A stretch of 64,000 bases of DNA from Actinomycetota bacterium (GCA_015660815.1 JACSDF010000003.1:133704-197703), one strand, 5' to 3'; positions 40,695-49,686 are shown, numbered from the stretch's first letter. A program made the numbers and translations. The notes: generated by a model not told the origin, from the letters alone.

Positions 40695-41498
40695 ATGTCG
40701 ATCCGCCACTATTCCCCGCGCCGAAATCGACGCAGGGGAAATTCAAGGCGGATGAATACTCTTCTCATTGCAGTTTTATCGATTGCAATTGCCCTGCAAA
40801 TTGCTTATCCATTAGTCGAAGGTGAATCGCTGCGGGTTTTGACTTTGGCAACCGTCTATTGGGGCGCTGGCGCAATGCTCTTGCATGCCCTCTTTGCATA
40901 TGGTGCGCGCTATGCATTTATATATCTTGTCGTAACTTTCTCGTTTGCTCTGGCCATTGAGAATGTTGGTGTTTTAACCTCATGGCCTTTTGGTGAGTAC
41001 TCTTATTCGCCAGATTTGGGCTTTAGAATATTCTCTGTTCCATTTGTTGTTCCTTTTGCGTGGATTATGATGGTGCATCCAGTTCTTGTTGCATCACGCA
41101 GAGTCGCCGGAAATTGGGTTTTTCTCTATGGTGGAACCGCACTTGCCGCGTGGGATTTGTTTTTAGATCCGTTGATGGTCGCTTCGGGTCGATGGACTTG
41201 GGTGGTAACTGGAGCTCATGTTCCTTTTCAGCCAGAGATTCCACTTTCAAATACTTTTGGTTGGTTATTGACTGGAATGGGATTGATCGGCATTTTGCAT
41301 CTGATACTTCCTCGTGATCGACGCAAAGTAGGTGCATCTTTTTCTGCAATTGATATCTTCTTAGTGTGGACTCTATTTTCAGGCATTGTCGGAAATCTCT
41401 TCTTCTTTGATCGACCGGGAATTGCACTCTTTGCTGGAGGAGTTTTTGGAGTTGTATTGACCCCTTACCTATTTACTCGTTGGTTGGGGCGTCCTTAG
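40695..41498 (+). CDS. cruF: CruF-family carotenoid 1,2-hydratase (DUF422)
   Basis: E..GV.T.WPFG.Y.Y, VP..VPFAW, WDLFLDP, IPLSNTFGW; multiple TMs. Confidence 0.8.
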   Translation: MSIRHYSPRRNRRRGNSRRMNTLLIAVLSIAIALQIAYPLVEGESLRVLTLATVYWGAGAMLLHALFAYGARYAFIYLVVTFSFALAIENVGVLTSWPFGEYSYSPDLGFRIFSVPFVVPFAWIMMVHPVLVASRRVAGNWVFLYGGTALAAWDLFLDPLMVASGRWTWVVTGAHVPFQPEIPLSNTFGWLLTGMGLIGILHLILPRDRRKVGASFSAIDIFLVWTLFSGIVGNLFFFDRPGIALFAGGVFGVVLTPYLFTRWLGRP

Positions 41499-41504
41499 AA
41501 ATCT

Positions 41505-42578
41505 ATGCCTTGGCTAATTGTTCTACCTACTTTTATTGCGCTTTTTCTCTCACTCATTAATTTCATTACAATCCGTAAGCCTCTGGCTGATAGCGAAATC
41601 TCCGACTTTGTGAGCGTAATTGTGCCACTTCGTAATGAGGCGAATAATGTCATTGAACTCATTGAAAATTTACGTTCACAGAATTCTCTTGCCAACGTCG
41701 AGTTTATTCTCCTGGATGATAACTCTGATGATTCAACTTTTGATTTAGTCAGTGCGGCAATCGAGAAAAAACCTAACTTTCGATTGATTCAGGGAGAACC
41801 GCTGCCATTTGGATGGATCGGTAAAGTATGGGCATTGCATCAACTTTTAGCTCAAACACATGGAGAAATAATCGTCTCTATCGATGCCGACGTCCGCCTG
41901 ACACACGATGCCCTAAGCAAATCAATAACTTTAATGAAATCGATTCAGTTAGATTTTCTTTCGCCATATCCTCGTCAAATTGCTCAGACTTTAGGTGAGC
42001 GGCTAATTCAACCGCTTTTGCAATGGTCTTGGATGAGCACACTCTTACTTCGCCTCTCAGAGCGCACCGCATTTTCATCAATGGCAGTTGCAAATGGTCA
42101 GTTCTTTGTAGTTAAAAAGCGGGCTTTAGATGCAGCCGGTGGTTATGAAGCCGTTAAAAACGCGGTTTTAGATGATGTATTTCTTGCCCGACGATTGATT
42201 AAAACAGGATCACATGGGGCGGTTGTTTCTGGTGCAAAAATCGCTGAGTGCCGAATGTACTCATCCTGGAGCGAAATCGAGGCCGGTTACGGCAAATCTC
42301 TGCGGCATGGTTTTGGATCAATTTTCGGTTCAGTCAGCGCCATAGTTTTTATCTTTCTTACCGGAGTTGCACCGCTAATTTTGGCGCTCTCAGGATCACT
42401 GTGGGGTTGGCTGGCTTTTGCATCTATGACGATAACTCGCATTCTGAGCGCTCACCGCTCACGTATGAGAATCTTTGATTCACTACTACATCCAATTTCA
42501 AGTACATTGCTTATCTATCTAATTCTCTATTCATATGTAAAGCGTGGAGATGTTCAGTGGAAAGGCCGCACGGTATGA
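41505..42578 (+). CDS. GT2 glycosyltransferase, probable carotenoid glycosyltransferase (CruG-like)
   Basis: VPLRNE, DDNSDD, GWIGK, DAD, ANGQ, LDD, CRMY, C-terminal WKGR. Confidence 0.8.
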   Translation: MPWLIVLPTFIALFLSLINFITIRKPLADSEISDFVSVIVPLRNEANNVIELIENLRSQNSLANVEFILLDDNSDDSTFDLVSAAIEKKPNFRLIQGEPLPFGWIGKVWALHQLLAQTHGEIIVSIDADVRLTHDALSKSITLMKSIQLDFLSPYPRQIAQTLGERLIQPLLQWSWMSTLLLRLSERTAFSSMAVANGQFFVVKKRALDAAGGYEAVKNAVLDDVFLARRLIKTGSHGAVVSGAKIAECRMYSSWSEIEAGYGKSLRHGFGSIFGSVSAIVFIFLTGVAPLILALSGSLWGWLAFASMTITRILSAHRSRMRIFDSLLHPISSTLLIYLILYSYVKRGDVQWKGRTV

Positions 42579-44086
42579 AAATTGCTGTAATTGGTGCAGG
42601 GATGGGTGGGATGACAGCGGCAGCTCGCTTAGCTCGCGCCGGTCACTCGGTTAGCCTTTACGAAGCATCTGATACCTACGGTGGGAAACTGCGTACCGAA
42701 TGGATAGGTAAATTTGCTTTCGATACCGGCCCATCACTTTTAACTCTTCCTGCCGTATATAAAGATTTTTTTATTCGTACCGGCAAACCACTCGGTCTGC
42801 TCTGTGAAATTCTCCCAGTAGATCCATCATTTGATTATCGATTTGCAGATGGTACGCAAGTGAAGTTTGCAAACCTTTCACGTCATCAGACCCTTAATGC
42901 CATCAGAGGTGTCTTCGGAGAAGTTGGTGCCAAACAATGGGACCAGATGATGAAACGCGCAACACGTATGTGGGATGTCTCGCGCGAACCTTTCGTTGAG
43001 TCAGAGTTGAAATCTCCACTTGGACTTCTCAAGCGAAAAACGCTAATCCGAGATATTTTCATCATTGCCCCGTGGAAATCACTGCGTAGATTTGCCAATG
43101 AGAATCTTCCTGATCAGCGACTTCGATATATTCTCGATCGTTATGCGACATATAGCGGTTCTGATCCGCGCAAAGCCCCTGCAGTTTTAGCCACTATCGC
43201 GTATGTGGAAGAGGCTTTCGGTGCTTGGCATATAAAAGGTGGAATTGGAACTTTAGCAACCTTGGTCTATCAACGTTGTTTAGATGTGGGAGTGAAGTTT
43301 CACTTCAATAGCAAAGTCGAAGAGATAGTTATAGAAAAGGGAGAAGTTATTGGAATTCGATTAGCGAATCGGTCAGGGATTGAATCTGAAGCCGTTGTTG
43401 CCAATGCAGATGCTTCGCTGATTTATAACCACCTAATAAAGGCAGAAAATCGAAAACTACGTAAAGTCCGGAAAAACATTGCTCGAGCCGATGCCTCTAT
43501 CGCTGGGTTTACACTTCTATTGGGTCTTCGAAAATCTGAAACTTCTGTGCTTAGCCACCACACCATTTTATTCACTCACGATTATGATGCAGAATTCAAT
43601 TCGATTTTTTCAGAGAAATTGCCCTCAGAAAATCCTACAATCTATATTTGCGCTCCAAATGATGACCAAATGGTGAAGGGTGAAAATCTTGAAAGCTGGT
43701 CAGTGCTGGTAAATGTGCCGCCCCATGGCTCAGGTGGATTTGATTGGAACGATGAAAACTTTAATCGAAAATATGCCAACTCAATAATTGATCAGATTGA
43801 AGCTCAAGGAATTTCGGTTCGCGATCGCCTCGAATCTTTAACGATTAGAACACCGGCCGATTTAGAGCGCGCCGTATCCGCACCTGGAGGCTCAATTTAT
43901 GGAACATCAAGTAATGGCGCTCGTGCAGCGTTCATGCGAGCTAAGAATCGCTCTCCGATCAAGGGGCTTTACTGTGTCGGTGGATCTGCACACCCGGGTG
44001 GCGGATTGCCTTTAGTTGGGATGAGCGGTGAAATTGTCGCTAACGCAATTGGGCGCGTGCATAACGAATTACCATCGCAAAACTAA
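42575..44086 (+). CDS. CrtI-family desaturase, probable CrtD-like hydroxycarotenoid 3,4-desaturase
   Basis: VIGAGMGG, FDTGPSLLTLP, RYATYSG.DP, HPGGGLPLV; start at ATG 42575 (ATGA overlap). Confidence 0.8.
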   Translation: MKIAVIGAGMGGMTAAARLARAGHSVSLYEASDTYGGKLRTEWIGKFAFDTGPSLLTLPAVYKDFFIRTGKPLGLLCEILPVDPSFDYRFADGTQVKFANLSRHQTLNAIRGVFGEVGAKQWDQMMKRATRMWDVSREPFVESELKSPLGLLKRKTLIRDIFIIAPWKSLRRFANENLPDQRLRYILDRYATYSGSDPRKAPAVLATIAYVEEAFGAWHIKGGIGTLATLVYQRCLDVGVKFHFNSKVEEIVIEKGEVIGIRLANRSGIESEAVVANADASLIYNHLIKAENRKLRKVRKNIARADASIAGFTLLLGLRKSETSVLSHHTILFTHDYDAEFNSIFSEKLPSENPTIYICAPNDDQMVKGENLESWSVLVNVPPHGSGGFDWNDENFNRKYANSIIDQIEAQGISVRDRLESLTIRTPADLERAVSAPGGSIYGTSSNGARAAFMRAKNRSPIKGLYCVGGSAHPGGGLPLVGMSGEIVANAIGRVHNELPSQN

Positions 44087-44660
44087 TTACCTGCAAAACC
44101 AAAAAGAGCCAGGATAAGAGAACAATTCCTGGAATATTTAGTTGCCACATAATTAAAGCGGTAAAGAGAATGCTTGCGCGAACTGGACGTTCAGCCGGAG
44201 TCACCACTCCAATATCTTTAATTTTGAGCGAACTCAATTTTGCACGTGCATACTCTTGAAAGGCGGCAACGCTCCATATAGCAATTGCTAACCAAGCAGG
44301 TACTCCGATTACATAGAGGGCATATAACCAAAATGCTTCACTAATCCGATCGACTACTGAGTCAAGCGTTGCACCCCATGCACTGTCTCGCTTCTGAAAA
44401 ATTGCAACACTTCCATCTATTCCATCGCAAAAGAGGGAGAAAACAAGGAAAAATACGGCCCACCATGTGGTTGCAGTCAAAGCGCTCATTGCCGCACTAA
44501 TAAGCCCTAATAAAGTTAAAACATTTGGAGAGATTCGAAGCAGCGTTGCAATGAGACCAAAGCGATAAGAGATTTTGAGCCACCATGCCACCGCGCCTGT
44601 AATGGGAGCATCACTATGGAGTTGACTCCACTTACTATAGAACTCGTCTTTAGTGAGCAT
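44040..44660 (-). CDS. CDP-alcohol phosphatidyltransferase family protein
   Basis: SPNVLT, DGIDGSVA...WGATLDSVVDR, EYARA, ERPVR. Confidence 0.85.
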   Translation of the reverse strand: MLTKDEFYSKWSQLHSDAPITGAVAWWLKISYRFGLIATLLRISPNVLTLLGLISAAMSALTATTWWAVFFLVFSLFCDGIDGSVAIFQKRDSAWGATLDSVVDRISEAFWLYALYVIGVPAWLAIAIWSVAAFQEYARAKLSSLKIKDIGVVTPAERPVRASILFTALIMWQLNIPGIVLLSWLFLVLQVISFAMVIRYARAQLR

Positions 44661-45504
44661 TATTTAAGTTCCCATAAATCTGACTAGTGGCCTTTGAACT
44701 ATTCATCGTATAGAAGTGGAGGCTCGGAGCGCCAGCGCGCAATAAATCCTCGCACAGCGTGCTAGCAAGTTCGATTCCTAAGGCATGAACGGCATCGGAG
44801 TCATCTTCTACCTTTGAAAAAGCCTCTGAAACCGAGGGCGGAATTGGTGTTCCTCCAAGTTCTGCCATTCGGTGTAACTGCTTCACATTTGTAATAGGCA
44901 AAATCCCCGGAATGATTGGCATCTTCGAGCCTCGTGCTTGGAGGGCATAAACAAGTTGCTCCCACTTTGCGACCTCAAAGAAAAATTGAGTAGTCGCAAA
45001 TGTTGCTCCTAAATGCTCTTTACGCAACAACACATCAACATCTTTCTTCGTATCACCGTTTGAGCCTGGATGCCCATCTGGAAAAGCAGCGACTCCGATA
45101 TCGAATCCACCGAACTCGTGAATTAACGCCACTAATTCATCTGCATGAGTAAAACCATAAGATGTTGGTGTCCACGCAGCTCGCGGTCCACCCGGAGGAT
45201 CTCCACGTAAGGCGAGTACTCCGCGAATACCGGCGCTGCGATACATGTGCAAAATTGAGATCAACTCTTGGCGACTTGAACCAACACATGTTAAATGTGC
45301 CACTGTGGGAATCTTTGTTCTATGGGTGACTTCTTCAGTCACACCGATTGTTCTGTTCCTGGTGGAACCTCCCGCACCGTAAGTTACAGAGACGAACTCT
45401 GGGGCAATATGTTCTAGAGCCTCAAGAGCGCTCCACAATCGTTGTTCACCCTCACTGTCTTTGGGGGGAAAGAACTCTAAGGAATACGAAGTGCGGACTA
45501 CCAC
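44650..45504 (-). CDS. metF: 5,10-methylenetetrahydrofolate reductase
   Basis: SLEFFPPK, VSVTYGAGG, HLTCV, LALRGDPP, TTQFFF, LHFYTMN. Confidence 0.96.
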   Translation of the reverse strand: MVVRTSYSLEFFPPKDSEGEQRLWSALEALEHIAPEFVSVTYGAGGSTRNRTIGVTEEVTHRTKIPTVAHLTCVGSSRQELISILHMYRSAGIRGVLALRGDPPGGPRAAWTPTSYGFTHADELVALIHEFGGFDIGVAAFPDGHPGSNGDTKKDVDVLLRKEHLGATFATTQFFFEVAKWEQLVYALQARGSKMPIIPGILPITNVKQLHRMAELGGTPIPPSVSEAFSKVEDDSDAVHALGIELASTLCEDLLRAGAPSLHFYTMNSSKATSQIYGNLNNAH

Positions 45505-45510
45505 GGTGTG

Positions 45511-45520
45511 AGGGTATCGT
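45511..45520. promoter_or_regulatory. Back-to-back -10 elements (TACCCT minus / TATCGT plus) sharing a TA, for leaderless metF and crtE
   Basis: Each hexamer lies exactly 6 nt from the GTG start of its gene in a 22-bp intergenic region. Confidence 0.7.
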
Positions 45521-45526
45521 TAAAGA

Positions 45527-46603
45527 GTGAGTTCTCAGGCCAAGGCAGCGCTTCAAGAGATTCGTGATGCCGTAGAGATTGAGCTAACAAGTTTTCTCTC
45601 CCAGCAGGCCCGCTTTTTAGAGAGCATCTCCTCGGATTTAGCGCCGGTTTCGCAGGCACTCTCTTCATTCTTGCTCGATAGTGGAAAGCGATTGCGACCA
45701 CTCTTTGCATATAGCGGTTACGTGAGTGCGGGAGCCAATCTAACGCCATCCGTCGTGAAGGCCATTGCAAGCCTTGAACTACTGCAGGCTTGTGCACTTA
45801 TTCACGATGACCTCATGGACGGCTCAGATACGCGTCGAGGTAAGCCATCAATTCACCGCCACTTTGAATCGATGCATGTTCAAGAGGAGCTCGAAGGTTT
45901 TGCTCCAGCGTACGGACTTGCCGCTGCCGTCCTCTTGGGGGATTTGGCTTTGGTCTGGTCGAGCCAAATGTTAAATGAAGCGGGTCTTTCAACTCGAGCC
46001 TTTAACCACTCTCAGCCCATTCACGATGAGATGCGAGTTGAGTTAATGGCAGGTCAATTCCTAGATATTTTTGAGCAGACTCAAAAAACTACTGATTTGA
46101 ATCGATCAATAAGAGTTGCACAATATAAATCTGGTAAATACACAATTGAGCGACCACTTCTCATTGGCGCAGTTCTCTCAGAGCGTCATTCCCCCGAACT
46201 CTTAAGGGATTTATCAGGCTATGGCTTACCTCTTGGTGAGGCATTTCAATATCGCGATGATTTGTTAGGAGTTTTTGGGGATTCAAGCCTTACTGGAAAG
46301 CCAGCAGGTGATGATTTACGAGAAGGTAAGCGGACTGTGCTCATTGCATTAACAGATCTCGAATCCTCAGATGCGATGCGTGAAGAGAGCAAGAAGTATT
46401 TTGGATCACCTAATTTAGATGCCAATGGTATTTCGATCTTGCAAGAGATTATTGTTTCGAGTGGTGCTAAAGAAAAACTTGAATCAATGATTGAGCGACT
46501 GACCGATCAAGCACTTCGCTCGGCCGAAAGTGAATTCATAGACGAAAGAGCACATCCTCTTTTACTTGAACTCGCAAAAATCGCTACTAAAAGGAGCACA
46601 TAG
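45527..46603 (+). CDS. crtE: Polyprenyl (geranylgeranyl) diphosphate synthase
   Basis: GKRLRP, FARM HDDLMD, GQFLD, KSGKYT, SARM RDDLLG, GDDLREGK. Confidence 0.85.
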   Translation: MSSQAKAALQEIRDAVEIELTSFLSQQARFLESISSDLAPVSQALSSFLLDSGKRLRPLFAYSGYVSAGANLTPSVVKAIASLELLQACALIHDDLMDGSDTRRGKPSIHRHFESMHVQEELEGFAPAYGLAAAVLLGDLALVWSSQMLNEAGLSTRAFNHSQPIHDEMRVELMAGQFLDIFEQTQKTTDLNRSIRVAQYKSGKYTIERPLLIGAVLSERHSPELLRDLSGYGLPLGEAFQYRDDLLGVFGDSSLTGKPAGDDLREGKRTVLIALTDLESSDAMREESKKYFGSPNLDANGISILQEIIVSSGAKEKLESMIERLTDQALRSAESEFIDERAHPLLLELAKIATKRST

Positions 46604-48088
46604 ATGGTTGCACGAGTCAAAGGTCCAACAGATCACGTAGTGATTGTTGGCGCTGGCCTCGCAGGATTAAGTGCGGCGCTTCGCTTAGCCGGTGCCGGAC
46701 GTAAAGTTACGGTCATTGAGCGAGAAGGCGTTCCTGGTGGGCGTAATGGTTTATTGCTCAAGGATGGTTACTCCTTTGATACGGGCCCAAGCGTTCTAAC
46801 AATGCCATCTCTTATTCAAGATGCATTTAGCTGCGTGGGCGAAGACTTGAAGGATTGGTTAGAGCTAATGCCAGTTACTCCGTTGTATCGCGCTTTTTAT
46901 GCCGATGGTTCGCAGATCGATGTGCATGCAGATACCAAGCAGATGGAGGAAGAGATTGCAAGTAAAATCAGCTCCTCCGAGGCCGACGGTTATCGTAGAT
47001 ATGTAGAGTTTGTTACCAAGTTATACAAGTATGAAATGAATGACTTTATTGACCGCAACATAGATTCACCTTTAAATTTATTAACGCCTAATCTTGCGCG
47101 TTTAATAGCTCTTGGTGGTTTCAGGAGGTTATCTCCAAAGGTCAATCAATTCATGAAGGATCCCCGCCTTCAGAAGGTTTACTCCTTTCAAGCAATGTAC
47201 GCTGGAGTAAGTCCACAGCAAGCACTGGCAATTTACGCGGTAATTGCATATATGGACTCAGTTAATGGAGTCTTTTTTCCTAAGGGTGGGATGCATGCGG
47301 TGCCTCGCGCGCTCGCTGCTGCCGCCGAAAAACATGGTGTAGTTTTCAAATACAACACTACTGTTTCAAAAATTGAAGTTGAGCATGGCCGAGCTAAAGC
47401 AGTACTGACTCAGGATGGTCAACGCATTGAATGTGATGCCGTTATTTTAAATCCAGATCTACCAGTAGCCTGGCGCGATCTCTTGGGTAAAACTCCTCTA
47501 TCTGTTAAGCGATTGAATTACTCACCGTCGTGTGTAACGATGTTAGTGGGATCAACTAAAAGCTATGGGTTTGCCGCACATCACAATATCCATTTTGGAA
47601 AGTCATGGGATGGAGTATTTGACGAGCTGATTAAAAAGAAAAAACTGATGAGTGATCCAAGTTTGCTCGTGACTATTCCCTCCAAAGATGATCCAACTTT
47701 GGCACCGGCTGGTAAACACTCATATTACGTTCTCTTTCCAACACCAAATTTGGATGCAGATATTGATTGGACAACGCAGGCAGAGCCATATCGAAATCAT
47801 ATGATTGAGGTTTTGGAACAACGTGGATACACCGGTTTTGGAGATGCGATTGAAACGCAGGTGTTAACTACTCCCCTTGATTGGCAGGCTCAGGGAATGG
47901 AGCGTGGCGCACCATTTGCTAGCGCACACACCTTCTTCCAAACTGGTCCATTTAGACCACGAAATATGGCGGCAGGAATTGAAAACGTTGTCTTTGCTGG
48001 ATCTGGCACCCAACCCGGAGTTGGAGTGCCTATGGTCCTCATTTCCGGGCGTCTTGCCGCTGAGCGAATCGTTGGTCCGGTCGCATAA
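46604..48088 (+). CDS. crtI: Phytoene desaturase
   Basis: VGAGLAG, FDTGPSVLTMP, FQAMYAG..P, GSGTQPGVGVPMVLISG. Confidence 0.92.
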   Translation: MVARVKGPTDHVVIVGAGLAGLSAALRLAGAGRKVTVIEREGVPGGRNGLLLKDGYSFDTGPSVLTMPSLIQDAFSCVGEDLKDWLELMPVTPLYRAFYADGSQIDVHADTKQMEEEIASKISSSEADGYRRYVEFVTKLYKYEMNDFIDRNIDSPLNLLTPNLARLIALGGFRRLSPKVNQFMKDPRLQKVYSFQAMYAGVSPQQALAIYAVIAYMDSVNGVFFPKGGMHAVPRALAAAAEKHGVVFKYNTTVSKIEVEHGRAKAVLTQDGQRIECDAVILNPDLPVAWRDLLGKTPLSVKRLNYSPSCVTMLVGSTKSYGFAAHHNIHFGKSWDGVFDELIKKKKLMSDPSLLVTIPSKDDPTLAPAGKHSYYVLFPTPNLDADIDWTTQAEPYRNHMIEVLEQRGYTGFGDAIETQVLTTPLDWQAQGMERGAPFASAHTFFQTGPFRPRNMAAGIENVVFAGSGTQPGVGVPMVLISGRLAAERIVGPVA

Positions 48089-48991
48089 GTGGATGAGTTA
48101 ACGGCGGCAGGTATCACTGAGCCAGGTTTGCGCGCATCGTATGCAGAGTGCAAACGACTCAATGCCCTGCATGGGAAAACATATTTCCTTGCCACCTTGC
48201 TGCTCCCAAAAGCGAAACGCCCATTTGTACATGCCCTGTATGGCTTTGCCAGATTTGCCGATGAGATCGTTGACGATTTAGCCTCCCAACTGAGCACTGA
48301 AGAAAAAGCTCAAGCACTTTCAAACTGGGGAAATAACGTGCTAAAGGATCTTCGACGCGGATCTAGCGAAGACTTAGTCGGTGGCGCATTGATAGATACC
48401 GTTAATCGATTTGCTATCCCTCATGAATATTTTGAAGCTTTTTTACACTCAATGACAATGGATTTAACGGTCCAGGAGTATGAAACTTTTGATGATTTAA
48501 TGGAATATGTCTATGGATCTGCAGCCGTCATTGGTCTTGAGATGGCACCAATCCTGGGCTTTTCCGACGTCGCGGCTTTAGATTCCGCGAAAAAACTTGG
48601 GACTGCATTTCAGCTTGCAAATTTTATTCGCGATGTTGATGAAGATCTAGATCGTGGCAGAATTTATCTGCCAATTCAAGAGCTTGCACTTCATGGCGTA
48701 ACTCGTGAAATGTTGGAGGCTCGAGTATTGACACCCCAAATTATTGATGCGCTCAAATTCCAAATTGCACGAGTAAGAAAGCTTCAAGCCCAGGCAGCTC
48801 CTGGAATCGCCCTTTTAGATGCATCAAGTCGCCCTTGCATTGAAGCTGCAAGTGAATTGTACTGCGGGATTGTAGACGAAGTTGAGAAAATTGGTTACGA
48901 CATTTTTAATAGACGCGCAAAAACATCAACTATTCGTCGCTTACGAGTTGCTGGCGCTGCTTTTTTAAAGCGTCAATTCGTATCCAGTTAG
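48089..48991 (+). CDS. crtB: Phytoene synthase
   Basis: HGKTY, LYGFARFADEIVD, SMTMDL, FQLANFIRDVDED..RGRIYLP. Confidence 0.94.
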   Translation: MDELTAAGITEPGLRASYAECKRLNALHGKTYFLATLLLPKAKRPFVHALYGFARFADEIVDDLASQLSTEEKAQALSNWGNNVLKDLRRGSSEDLVGGALIDTVNRFAIPHEYFEAFLHSMTMDLTVQEYETFDDLMEYVYGSAAVIGLEMAPILGFSDVAALDSAKKLGTAFQLANFIRDVDEDLDRGRIYLPIQELALHGVTREMLEARVLTPQIIDALKFQIARVRKLQAQAAPGIALLDASSRPCIEAASELYCGIVDEVEKIGYDIFNRRAKTSTIRRLRVAGAAFLKRQFVSS

Positions 48992-49253
48992 ATAGAACTC
49001 CTAACACGAGAGCGAAACCAAAGAGTAGGTCTTCAACGGGTGCAGAAGCTATACGAACTCCAGTTATTACATTTGGGTCATACATGACAATGTTTCGAGA
49101 GGTTAGCCACCAATTAGTCAGCAACTGAAAGCCCAAGATAATTGCATAAGAGGTCCAGAAAACTCTGCGTCTCATTAAACGAATCTCTGTTATGTAGTAG
49201 TCAAAGACAATGGCGCAAAGAACGGCAAAGATCGCTAATTGTGTGTAACTCAT
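48930..49253 (-). CDS. crtYd: Heterodimeric lycopene cyclase subunit (CrtYd-type)
   Basis: Small hydrophobic protein with PVEDLLFG motif; start placed at ATG 49253. Confidence 0.8.
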   Translation of the reverse strand: MSYTQLAIFAVLCAIVFDYYITEIRLMRRRVFWTSYAIILGFQLLTNWWLTSRNIVMYDPNVITGVRIASAPVEDLLFGFALVLGVLSNWIRIDALKKQRQQLVSDE

Positions 49254-49255
49254 CT

Positions 49256-49576
49256 CTAAACTGGCCAATCTTTTTTAACACGTCTGACCGCCTCGATTGT
49301 CATAATCGCTGCAATAGGAACAATGATGAAAAACAGGTATTCCTCAAGTGGAATCCCGAAGGGACCAAAAATTCCGAGTATTTGATCCCCATCAAATCGC
49401 CAGTGCCCACTTCGAATTGCATAGGCATCCCATGCAATAAATAGAAAGGAAATCGGAGCAACTGCCAATATCACACGCTTAATGCGCTTAAGCACTCCAA
49501 CTTTCAAAAAGAGCTCTAACCAGAAAGAACCAATGATTGTGAAGACAATCATGGTGAGATAGCCAAATTTAAGCAC
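49256..49576 (-). CDS. crtYc: Heterodimeric lycopene cyclase subunit (CrtYc-type)
   Basis: FIAWD..AI..GHW.F, GIPLEEYLFF motif. Confidence 0.82.
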   Translation of the reverse strand: MLKFGYLTMIVFTIIGSFWLELFLKVGVLKRIKRVILAVAPISFLFIAWDAYAIRSGHWRFDGDQILGIFGPFGIPLEEYLFFIIVPIAAIMTIEAVRRVKKDWPV

Positions 49577-49598
49577 GGGGTAACGCTACTCTACGAAC

Positions 49599-49680
49599 TA
49601 CGGGAGCCCATCAAGGCTGAGAGGGTCTGAAATTCAGACCGACCGTTTGACCAATCCGGTAATGCGGATGTGGAAAGGAA
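49599..49680 (+). ncRNA. TPP-class riboswitch, variant with altered P4/P5 (pyrophosphate-sensor) region
   Basis: P2 CGG/CCG, P3 AGCC/GGCT, conserved CTGAGA, P3a GGTCTGA/TCAGACC, L5 GTAATG, P4 CCA/TGG; J4/5 and J5/4 deviate from the GAU/CGU consensus; upstream of pnuC. Confidence 0.85.
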
Positions 49681-49686
49681 TCAATC

